DNA of 64,000 nucleotides, from the NCBI GenBank assembly GCA_977020255.1, contig CDROCS010000252.1, forward strand, positions 1-64,000. Reading direction: 5' to 3'. The translations under genes were made by a program, and so were the position numbers. The DNA is from Obrimoposthia wandeli. Its lineage: Eukaryota. The notes under the pieces were generated by a model. The model searched no databases and was not told the DNA's origin. It saw only the letters and a program-made list of their open reading frames with translations. Below are positions 8,903 to 17,250 of the stretch, piece by piece. The first letter of the stretch is position 1; each line of letters starts with the position of its first letter.

Positions 8903-11023
8903 TTACAAATTACATTGAGTTGAACCAAAATGGCTACCCAAAATTGCTAAATCTTGAATATTAATCATACCATCTTTATTCAAATCAGCTTTAGCATCAT
9001 AATCAGCATCTCCTTGATTAGAACGATAACGCGCGGCCATAAAAGTAAAGTCTGCAATATCAATACTACCATCAGCATTAATATCACCCGCCAATAGCTC
9101 AATCGAACCTAGATCAACTGCACCACCTTCCGCGACATTAGCAACCTGACAACTTTGTACATAATTTTCAGAAGCTAGGCTAATCGTAAAGTCACCATCG
9201 CGCAAACCTTCAAATTCAAAACGCCCTGCTTCATCGGTAATAACTGTGACTTGACGACCATCAATCGTTAAAACAACTTCGACACCGGAAAGGTCGGTAA
9301 TACCCGGAATTTCAATGACACCCGATACCGAACCTGAGCCACCATGAACACCATCATCGATACGGATTGTCGCTGGCGTCAAAGTAACTTTTAACAGCTG
9401 GCCTTTTTCATCAGAAACTTCAGCTGCACACATAATTTGTACATCTTCCGTGGTGAATTCTGCGATAACATCTGCCAACACAAAGCTACCTGAACCAGTG
9501 AAAGGTAATTCAGGTGCAACCAGAGTTTCAGTTCCTGTCACAGAGATAGCGTCATAAATTAAAGGCAGAGTCATAGTATTTTGAGAGCCAAACAAAGCAT
9601 CATAGTTGGCCTGGGTTACAGATAAAGAAGTACTTGAAAGGTTACAACTAACATCTAATCCATAAATATCAGTCCCAGATACATCGATAGAGAATTGTGA
9701 AGTTTGATGCGAATAAGGATCGATTATTACATCTGCAGGAGTAATGCGTATTTCGTTGTTAGTAGTCGATAAATAGGACCAAAATATCTGTATTTCAATC
9801 TCTTCTTGGCCCGAAACTATTTTTACTAAAGCGTCTATCCTTGAAACAACATCACCATCAAGTGAGATTTGATCAACCCATCTATTTTGATATTCTGTAA
9901 AATCCGAACCTACAGGAAATATAGCCCTTTCAAGTAACCGATTTGAAATGAAATCATAAAGATATAATTCTAATTCCATTTCATCCGCATTATCTAGTTT
10001 TTCATCAATCCTAAAATATTGAACAACTCCTGTATTGGTTAACAATCTAGCGGCCAAAGAGCCATTCTCGCTTAAACCGAATGGAACCTCGTGCGCTACA
10101 ATATTTAAAGTAATTGTATCTACTAACAATAATACTAACGCTCCAGTAGAGTTTCTGGCTGGTAAACTAATGTATTGGCCATTATTTGAGATTAATGGAA
10201 GATTTATTTTGGAGCTGAAAATATCTACGTTAATATCATAATCGAAACCTACTGGGATTAGGCTATCGAAAGATATGAACCCTTCTGTTTTTACATTGTA
10301 CTGATAATATTGGCTAGCACCTTCGACGCTTCCAGAATCCGAATCAATTGCCAATACCAAACTTCCTTGATCATTAATAGCATAACGAGTCAATAGACCA
10401 GGTCTCTCGAAATTCACAATATTTCCATTTGATAGAGAATAAGAAGTTGGTACTAATATATCGGTAGTACTTTCTTTATCAAAAACATATGAATTGCCAT
10501 TGTTACCGTATAAAAGAAATTGTCCATTAGGAGATATTGCCCACAATGGCCCCGTATTGGTTTTAAAAATTGAAACATCGTTACTCTCAAAGCTATATCG
10601 ATAGGTTGAATAAGATGCTTCTGTTAGATAAGTAAATACTATGCTCTGCGCAGATTCATCTTCAAATGACATTTTCAAAAATGCAGATTTATTAGTACTT
10701 TGTGGAGCTGAATTTTTCAGTATTCGATTTGACGATAATGTTGTATTCGATATACGGTCATGTCGATGAATAACATAATCGATAGTCAATGAATCTTCTA
10801 AATTTTCATGCTCAGTAACGTAGGCGATGTACCGTCCATTCGAACTAATACTTGTGGCTCCTACACCAAATCCTATTGACTGTTGAACAATTCTACTTGA
10901 ACTGCCGTGATTGATACCATCAGCATCAGGATTTATAGGATGGCTTTTGGTTAAGTCTGCAGTTGAAACCTGCAGTATAAAGAGTAAAACTAAGGCGGTA
11001 ATAAATCTCATGATATATCTCAT
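8903..11023 (-). CDS. Secreted modular protein B: propeller-like N-domain + cohesin-like + X-module + dockerin (likely start ATG 11011)
   Basis: N-domain aligns with protein A (YVTEHEN..LT.DY.IHR.DRISN.TLSS.RI.KNS); C-terminal ~285 aa about 85% identical to A by manual alignment. Confidence 0.85.
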   Translation of the reverse strand: MRYIMRFITALVLLFILQVSTADLTKSHPINPDADGINHGSSSRIVQQSIGFGVGATSISSNGRYIAYVTEHENLEDSLTIDYVIHRHDRISNTTLSSNRILKNSAPQSTNKSAFLKMSFEDESAQSIVFTYLTEASYSTYRYSFESNDVSIFKTNTGPLWAISPNGQFLLYGNNGNSYVFDKESTTDILVPTSYSLSNGNIVNFERPGLLTRYAINDQGSLVLAIDSDSGSVEGASQYYQYNVKTEGFISFDSLIPVGFDYDINVDIFSSKINLPLISNNGQYISLPARNSTGALVLLLVDTITLNIVAHEVPFGLSENGSLAARLLTNTGVVQYFRIDEKLDNADEMELELYLYDFISNRLLERAIFPVGSDFTEYQNRWVDQISLDGDVVSRIDALVKIVSGQEEIEIQIFWSYLSTTNNEIRITPADVIIDPYSHQTSQFSIDVSGTDIYGLDVSCNLSSTSLSVTQANYDALFGSQNTMTLPLIYDAISVTGTETLVAPELPFTGSGSFVLADVIAEFTTEDVQIMCAAEVSDEKGQLLKVTLTPATIRIDDGVHGGSGSVSGVIEIPGITDLSGVEVVLTIDGRQVTVITDEAGRFEFEGLRDGDFTISLASENYVQSCQVANVAEGGAVDLGSIELLAGDINADGSIDIADFTFMAARYRSNQGDADYDAKADLNKDGMINIQDLAILGSHFGSTQCNL

Positions 11024-11208
11024 TTTTTTATGAAACGAGACTCTAAAATAAGAAAATATAAAAAAGAATATCTGGCTTTACAATGTACTTATATATACTA
11101 AATAAGTACCAATTAGGAGTTATTGTACTATCCAATTGCAAGAGTAAAAGTAACAATTCAATAATAATACTCGGCCTCAAAAAAGATTAAGACCGACGTA
11201 CTTGTTAT
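11012..11208 (-). promoter_or_regulatory. Duplicated intergenic cassette copy 2 (terminator of C + promoter of B)
   Basis: Same ordered motifs as 8703-8902; ACTCTAAA is 29-36 bp upstream of the start in both. Confidence 0.75.
11171..11196 (-). terminator. Stem-loop terminator after paralog C
   Basis: TCGGCCTCAA-AAAAGA-TTAAGACCGA, homologous to 8864-8889. Confidence 0.55.
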
Positions 11209-13848
11209 TTACAAATTACACTGAGTAGAACCAAAGTGACTACCCAAGATCGCCAAATCCTGAATATTAATAGTGCCATCTTTATTCAAATCAGCTTTAG
11301 CATCATAATCAGCATCTCCTTGATTAGAACGATAACGCGCAGCCATAAAAGTGAAATCAGCAATATCGATACTACCATCAGCATTAATATCACCAGACAA
11401 CAGCTCAATTGAGCCCAAATCAACCGTACCACCCTCAGTAACATTTGCAGCCTGACAACTCTGCACGTAATTCTCAGAAGCTAAGCTAATAGTAAATTCT
11501 CCATCGCGTAATCCGTCAAATTCAAAACGACCAGTCTCGTCAGTAATTACTGTTACCTGGCGACCATCAATTGTTAGTACAACTTCAACACCTGATAAAT
11601 CAGCAACACCTTGTATTTCAATAACGCCTGATACAGAGCCTTCGCCACCGTGAACACCATCATCAATACGGATAGTTGCAGGAGTCAAAGTAACCTGAAG
11701 TAGTTGACCACGTTCATCAGACACTTCTGCAGCACAAGTAATTTGAATATCTTCAGTTGTGAATTCAGCATTGACATCAGCTAATACAAAGCTACCAGTT
11801 CCAGAAAAAGGTAATTCAGGAGCTACTAAAGTTTCAGTGCCTGTCACTGAAGAAGCATTATAGATTAACGGTAGAGTCATAGTATTTTGAAAGCCAAACA
11901 GGCCATCATAGCTGGCTTGAGTAACAGATAATGAAGAATTTGAAAGATTACAGCTAACATCTAAGCCATAAATACCTGCACCTGAAACATCAACGGTAAA
12001 CTGTGAAGTAGCATTTGAATATGGATCAATAACGGCATCTAAAGGGACGACCTTAACTTCAGTACCTTCCTGCGTATCACTAGAAACTGACGTCGTCAAT
12101 ATCCAAGTATTTGTATTACTAGTTCCTAATTCAAAAGTGAATACTCCGTCTTTTCCTAATAGTGGAGATGACGAACCGATATCATTTCCTAAAGCTTCCA
12201 ATATCATCTGAGCACGTTTATGATCAACGGCTTCCTCTAAAGTCACGTCAAAAGCAGCACCGCCACTCTCAATTTCTTCTCTAGCACTCGCAAAAGCAAG
12301 AGCGGAATATTCAGGATAATACTTAAAATAACTCGAGCTACCATCAGTATTTATTAAGCTATCCAACAATTCATTTTTTTTATTTTCTGAAAGGTTGTTG
12401 AGCATATACTTAGCAACCTCTGTATAAACACTAGCACCACTACCATCTTCAATGGACTTCAAGAAAAACCCTTTGTTTTCCACAAGCCCAACAGGAGAAG
12501 CATAAACACCGGTATCACTTATTAAGTTAAATGGTGTGCTTTCAGAAAGAATTGGATAATGCCCAGTATTAACAGTATCTGAACAATAAAGATTATTAGT
12601 TTCTGCATAGAAGCCTGCTTCTATATCATCATTCCGATTCATTGCCTCCATCGTGTCGTTAAAATACGGAGCAAGCACTCCTTCATATTCCGCTTGGGAC
12701 ATACCCGCATAAAAAGGATTCCCAACATGATCTAGAGCTTCATCTGATGGTAGGTTTGGATAACTATTAATAATTTCTAATGTATTCGGATCTGAAATAC
12801 CTTCTGTCTCTACTATTACTTCCTTAGCATCTTCAATTGTGAATCTTGCCACTTTAGGATTTTGGCCACGAACATTTGATAGAGTCTCAGATTTTTCGCA
12901 AACAGTATGCTTAAGCAGAGGAGATTGGAGCCCTGCATCATAAGACGAAAGGTAATAGTTGTAATTATTAGTTGTTGAAATTAAAGAAATACTATTATCA
13001 GGCAATGAACGTATAGGATCTAAAACGGGACCACCATCCGGTAAATTAAAAACTTGCCCTTGGTAGTGTAAAGTAGGCTCAACCTCATCACTAATATACA
13101 CCATCCCTAAACTTCCAGAACCAGCAGGAATCGAATATGTAGAACCATTCGGATAAACTAAACTATAGCTTTGAGTATTATAGGAAGGAGTGTGTACGAC
13201 ATAACCACTATCATTAACATAACGAGTCATACCTGGAGCAAATGTATCACCCCCTTCATCATTTTGACCCGTTAGCACTGTGTCACATGTTTCGATATAT
13301 GAATCAATATTACTCGTAAGCTCACTTAGCTTACATCGATAAACAGTTCTTGATGCAGTAGGTCCTTTCGAAAAAACAAAATAGTCACCAGCAACACCTT
13401 TGGGCACATAGCCAGTTCCAGAAGCTAGAATCACTGAATTACCGCGTAATTTAGCTTCTGAATTAGCCATAAATTCGCGAGCGATATCTTGATATTCAAT
13501 ATTGGTTGATGTAACACTTAATCCAATACTAGAGAATTCACTTGGATTATTTGGTAAATTAGGAAAATTCTCAAAAAAAGAAGACATAATATTTTCTGAA
13601 TTAACTACTTCTTGAATAATTTCTTCTTGAGTAAAAGAAACACTCCCGTTGATGACTTCAAAACCACCAGCAGTGTACAGAGTACCAAACTGACGAACTA
13701 TATAACCAGTTTCTTCACTTCTACCAACAATACTACCCTCAGAAGAAAACGCTAAATGTTTAATCCCTGTAATACTAACCCCAGCATCAACACTAGCTGA
13801 CAATCCAGCTAAGATTGTTGCAGTTCCTATGAGCAACTTTTTCATCAT
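11209..13848 (-). CDS. Secreted modular protein C: unrelated ~590 aa N-region + cohesin-like + X-module + dockerin
   Basis: Sec signal MMKKLLIGTATILAGLSASVDA; same C-terminal block ending GDINADGSIDIAD...DLNKDGTINIQDLAILGSHFGSTQCNL. Confidence 0.85.
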   Translation of the reverse strand: MMKKLLIGTATILAGLSASVDAGVSITGIKHLAFSSEGSIVGRSEETGYIVRQFGTLYTAGGFEVINGSVSFTQEEIIQEVVNSENIMSSFFENFPNLPNNPSEFSSIGLSVTSTNIEYQDIAREFMANSEAKLRGNSVILASGTGYVPKGVAGDYFVFSKGPTASRTVYRCKLSELTSNIDSYIETCDTVLTGQNDEGGDTFAPGMTRYVNDSGYVVHTPSYNTQSYSLVYPNGSTYSIPAGSGSLGMVYISDEVEPTLHYQGQVFNLPDGGPVLDPIRSLPDNSISLISTTNNYNYYLSSYDAGLQSPLLKHTVCEKSETLSNVRGQNPKVARFTIEDAKEVIVETEGISDPNTLEIINSYPNLPSDEALDHVGNPFYAGMSQAEYEGVLAPYFNDTMEAMNRNDDIEAGFYAETNNLYCSDTVNTGHYPILSESTPFNLISDTGVYASPVGLVENKGFFLKSIEDGSGASVYTEVAKYMLNNLSENKKNELLDSLINTDGSSSYFKYYPEYSALAFASAREEIESGGAAFDVTLEEAVDHKRAQMILEALGNDIGSSSPLLGKDGVFTFELGTSNTNTWILTTSVSSDTQEGTEVKVVPLDAVIDPYSNATSQFTVDVSGAGIYGLDVSCNLSNSSLSVTQASYDGLFGFQNTMTLPLIYNASSVTGTETLVAPELPFSGTGSFVLADVNAEFTTEDIQITCAAEVSDERGQLLQVTLTPATIRIDDGVHGGEGSVSGVIEIQGVADLSGVEVVLTIDGRQVTVITDETGRFEFDGLRDGEFTISLASENYVQSCQAANVTEGGTVDLGSIELLSGDINADGSIDIADFTFMAARYRSNQGDADYDAKADLNKDGTINIQDLAILGSHFGSTQCNL

Positions 13849-14089
13849 TATTCCATTATATTTATAAGGCGAGAATGCCGCGCCCTACTCTAAATGAAAC
13901 AGTCGTACAGGAAAGTGTATAAACCAATATATTCTTCACACGACCTAAAAATAAGAATATACAACTAGACAAAAAAGGCCTTCTGCAAAAAAAAATATCA
14001 ACCTTCTTATTTTATGCCTGAATAACTCTCAAACAATGAGAGTTATCGTTGTTATATTATAGAAATAGTCTACTAAATAAGTATATAAA

Positions 14090-14716
14090 TTATGCTTTAG
14101 AAGAAGGTCTCTCGCTCACCAACTTATACCAGCGCGCTAGATGAGGATGCTTCTCCTCATCGATGCGACGTTTAATCACTTTCGCAAAGTCAATCGCACA
14201 CAAAGCAGTAATGTCTGCCACTGAGAAAGTATCGCCCGCAACAAATTCGGATTCAGCTAAGCGCTTATTCAATTTATGAATTTGCTTATCGGCATCGACC
14301 GCACTCACTTCAGAAAAATCTGCGACCTGAGTCGTTACCGCTTTCCACATAGGATTGCCGTGACGGAATGAAAGCGCAATCGAGGTATACAGTCCCAACT
14401 CCATGCGTCGATTCCACATTTCAATCAAAGCTTTAGATTTTGCATCCGTACCCATTAATGGGTTCTCTGGGTAAAGCTCTTCAAAATAACGGCTAATAGC
14501 CATCGATTCGCTGATTCGTTCGCCATCATCTAGCTCTAAAACGGGCAAACCACCATAAGGACTAATCTCACGAAATTCTTTAGTGAACGTTTCGCCTTTA
14601 GACATATCAACATTCACGACTTCAATGCCCGCTTCTTCGTAAGAAACCCCTTTCTCCGCTAAAAATAGTCGTACGCGACGTGGATTTGGAGCCATTTTAA
14701 AATCGTATAACTTCAT
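14090..14716 (-). CDS. Glutathione S-transferase family protein
   Basis: APNPRRVRLFLAEKG, LPVLELDDG..ISESMAI, GDTFSVADITA. Confidence 0.93.
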   Translation of the reverse strand: MKLYDFKMAPNPRRVRLFLAEKGVSYEEAGIEVVNVDMSKGETFTKEFREISPYGGLPVLELDDGERISESMAISRYFEELYPENPLMGTDAKSKALIEMWNRRMELGLYTSIALSFRHGNPMWKAVTTQVADFSEVSAVDADKQIHKLNKRLAESEFVAGDTFSVADITALCAIDFAKVIKRRIDEEKHPHLARWYKLVSERPSSKA

Positions 14717-14743
14717 TTTATTATCTCTATTTAGCCAAAGTAC

Positions 14744-14788
14744 TTTACCGATAGGTCAAAAACTATCTTTTTAAAACTGATTGGTCAA
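14744..14788. promoter_or_regulatory. Two NemR/ComR-type TetR operator-like sites between GST and TetR genes
   Basis: TTTACCGATAGGTCAA (14744-14759) and AAAACTGATTGGTCAA (14773-14788), both resembling the palindrome TTGACCGATCGGTCAA. Confidence 0.55.
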
Positions 14789-14803
14789 CAACTTATTGAA
14801 TCA

Positions 14804-15427
14804 ATGATAAGCTCTTACAATAAACCCGCCTCAATGAGCATAATAATTTCCATGGGCAGACCTAAGAGTTACGATAACGAGCAAGTATTAAAAAAAGCCA
14901 TGCTGCAATTTTGGCAATCAGGCTTTGCTGAAACCTCATTATCTGACTTAGAAGCCGCCACGTCATTGAATCGCTATAGCCTTTATAAAGGTTTTGGCGA
15001 TAAAGAAACTCTATTTGAACAAGCCTTAGAATATTATCAAAAGCACGTTATAGCGCGAATGCTGGCACCACTTACTCAAGAAAACCCTTCTATTAATGCC
15101 CTCAAAGAGTTCTTCATTCAACTGAATGTACTTTTAAAAGGTAAATATGGAGCATACGGCTGCTTAATCCAAAATAGCCAGAAAGAAGGTATTAACCACA
15201 ACAAACTAGTCCAACAGCTCGGCATCGACCTTTGGAAACAGCAATATCAGCTGTTCTCTGCCTGCATTAACGGATCATCTCTCAACCTCCCTTACCGTGT
15301 CGATATTGCTGTACAGCTTCTATTAGCACAATCGCAGTCACAAATTAGCCTGGCTCGAGCCAATGCTCCTGAAAAAGTACTGAACGCTCAAAAAGACGCT
15401 GCCGTCGCACTTATATCTAGCTGGTAA
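14804..15427 (+). CDS. TetR/AcrR family regulator (likely start ATG 14852), divergent from GST
   Basis: MGRPKSYD..LKKAMLQFWQSGFAETSLSDLEAATSLNRYSLYKGFGDKETLF HTH. Confidence 0.92.
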   Translation: MISSYNKPASMSIIISMGRPKSYDNEQVLKKAMLQFWQSGFAETSLSDLEAATSLNRYSLYKGFGDKETLFEQALEYYQKHVIARMLAPLTQENPSINALKEFFIQLNVLLKGKYGAYGCLIQNSQKEGINHNKLVQQLGIDLWKQQYQLFSACINGSSLNLPYRVDIAVQLLLAQSQSQISLARANAPEKVLNAQKDAAVALISSW

Positions 15428-15475
15428 TCACGGATTCTTAGCGGAACTCATTCCCACTCTAGACCTCAGACCAAG

Positions 15476-15491
15476 TTTACGTTAACGTAAA
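15476..15491. promoter_or_regulatory. LiuR operator
   Basis: Perfect 16-bp palindrome TTTACGTTAACGTAAA upstream of liuR/liu operon, matching the known LiuR (MerR-family) site pattern. Confidence 0.85.
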
Positions 15492-15537
15492 GGTAATGAA
15501 GATTCATATTCGTCTAAGATTAACCCAACTTACATAA

Positions 15538-15921
15538 ATGACAGCGCACATGACTGCCCAAATTTTTACCATTGGTGAGCTTGCCCAAGAGTTTGATACC
15601 ACGACCCGAGCCATTCGCTTTTATGAGGATCAGGGCTTAGTCAGTCCCCTGCGCGAAGGACAAAAGCGTATTTACAGCACGGCAGACCGCATTACTATTA
15701 AGCTTATTATGCGCGGAAAGCGGCTGGGATTTTCTTTAGCAGAGAGTAAAGAACTGATCGATTTGTACAATACAGAAGGTGATAACCGAGCACAGCACAT
15801 GCGAGTTTTAGAACAAGTTAAGGCCAGTCGTGACCGTTTATTACAACAAAAAACAGATATTGAAATAATGTTGCTTGAACTTGAAGAACACGAAAATAGA
15901 ATAAAAGCAGATATGGAATAA
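15538..15921 (+). CDS. liuR: MerR-family regulator of leucine/isovalerate utilisation
   Basis: FTIGELAQEFDTTTRAIRFYEDQGL, RGKRLGFSLAE; heads the liu cluster. Confidence 0.9.
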   Translation: MTAHMTAQIFTIGELAQEFDTTTRAIRFYEDQGLVSPLREGQKRIYSTADRITIKLIMRGKRLGFSLAESKELIDLYNTEGDNRAQHMRVLEQVKASRDRLLQQKTDIEIMLLELEEHENRIKADME

Positions 15922-15977
15922 GCTTTTTAATGACTGCGTAAACAACACCTAACTAAGAACACAATAAAAATAAATTC

Positions 15978-17192
15978 TTGAGGTATCCCATGAACTACAC
16001 ATCTACTCCTAATAAGTCGTCGTACCAAGAACTCAATTTTGGCCATGGCGAAACGATCGACATGCTACGCGCCAGTGTGAATGCGTTTGCGGCAAAAGAA
16101 ATCGTTCCACTCGCGGATCAAACGGATAAAGAAAATGCCTTTCCGAATCAGCTGTGGAAAAAGTTTGGCGATATGGGCTTGCTAGGTATGACGGTGAGTG
16201 AAGAGTTTGGTGGTACTGACATGGGCTATTTGGCTCATACCATTGCGATGGAAGAAATCAGCCGCGCATCCGCTTCTATTGGTTTAAGTTATGGTGCTTT
16301 TTCAAACTTATGCGTCAATCAAATATTTCGTAACGGCAGCCAAGCACAAAAAGAAAAGTACTTACCAAAGCTGGTGTCTGGCGAACACATTGGTGCATTA
16401 GCCATGAGCGAAGCGAATGCCGGTTCTGATGTTGTTAGTATGAAAATCTCTGCTAAAAAAGTCGCTAATAAAAAAGGCGACAAGTACATTTTAAACGGCA
16501 ATAAAATGTGGATCACCAACGGCCCAGATGCGAATACCTATGTCATTTATGCTAAAACAGATATGGAAAAAGGCGCCCACGGTATTACGGCTTTTATTGT
16601 TGAGCGTGATTCCAAAGGTTTCACTCAAGGCGAAAAGCTGGATAAATTAGGCATGCGCGGCTCCAATACTTGCGAGCTTATTTTTCAAGATTGTGAAGTA
16701 CCGGAAGAAAACATTCTGGGTGGCTTAAACCAAGGCGTAAAAGTATTAATGAGCGGGTTAGATTATGAGCGCGTCGTTTTATCCGGCGGCCCAACGGGTA
16801 TTATGCAGGCTTGTATGGACATTGTTGTTCCGTACATTCACGACCGCGAACAGTTTGGTAAAAGCATCGGTGAATTCCAACTCGTCCAAGGAAAAATTGC
16901 CGACATGTATTCCAGCATGAATGCCTGTAAATCTTATTTGTATGCAGTAGCAGCGGCTTGTGATCGTGGCGAAACTGCGCGAAAAGATGCCGCTGGGGTT
17001 ATTTTATACTGCGCCGAAAAAGCCACCCAAGCAGCTCTCGATGCAATTCAATTACTCGGTGGTAATGGTTATATTAATGATTATTCTACCGGTCGTTTAT
17101 TACGCGATGCCAAGTTATATGAAATTGGCGCCGGTACCAGCGAAATTCGTCGCATGTTAATTGGTCGTGAAATTTTCGCGGAAACCAAATAG
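15978..17192 (+). CDS. liuA: Isovaleryl-CoA dehydrogenase (likely start ATG 15990)
   Basis: [56 protein letters not shown]. Confidence 0.95.
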   Translation: MRYPMNYTSTPNKSSYQELNFGHGETIDMLRASVNAFAAKEIVPLADQTDKENAFPNQLWKKFGDMGLLGMTVSEEFGGTDMGYLAHTIAMEEISRASASIGLSYGAFSNLCVNQIFRNGSQAQKEKYLPKLVSGEHIGALAMSEANAGSDVVSMKISAKKVANKKGDKYILNGNKMWITNGPDANTYVIYAKTDMEKGAHGITAFIVERDSKGFTQGEKLDKLGMRGSNTCELIFQDCEVPEENILGGLNQGVKVLMSGLDYERVVLSGGPTGIMQACMDIVVPYIHDREQFGKSIGEFQLVQGKIADMYSSMNACKSYLYAVAAACDRGETARKDAAGVILYCAEKATQAALDAIQLLGGNGYINDYSTGRLLRDAKLYEIGAGTSEIRRMLIGREIFAETK

Positions 17193-17250
17193 CCTCTAGA
17201 TTAATAGTGCACTGAATAAACAGCACCGAATAACAGGAGCGATCTGACTC

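Noticed and set aside
5826-13848. Interpretation as a true polysaccharide-degrading cellulosome
   Set aside because: No glycoside hydrolase, CBM or lyase motif recognisable in any subunit; no multi-cohesin scaffoldin
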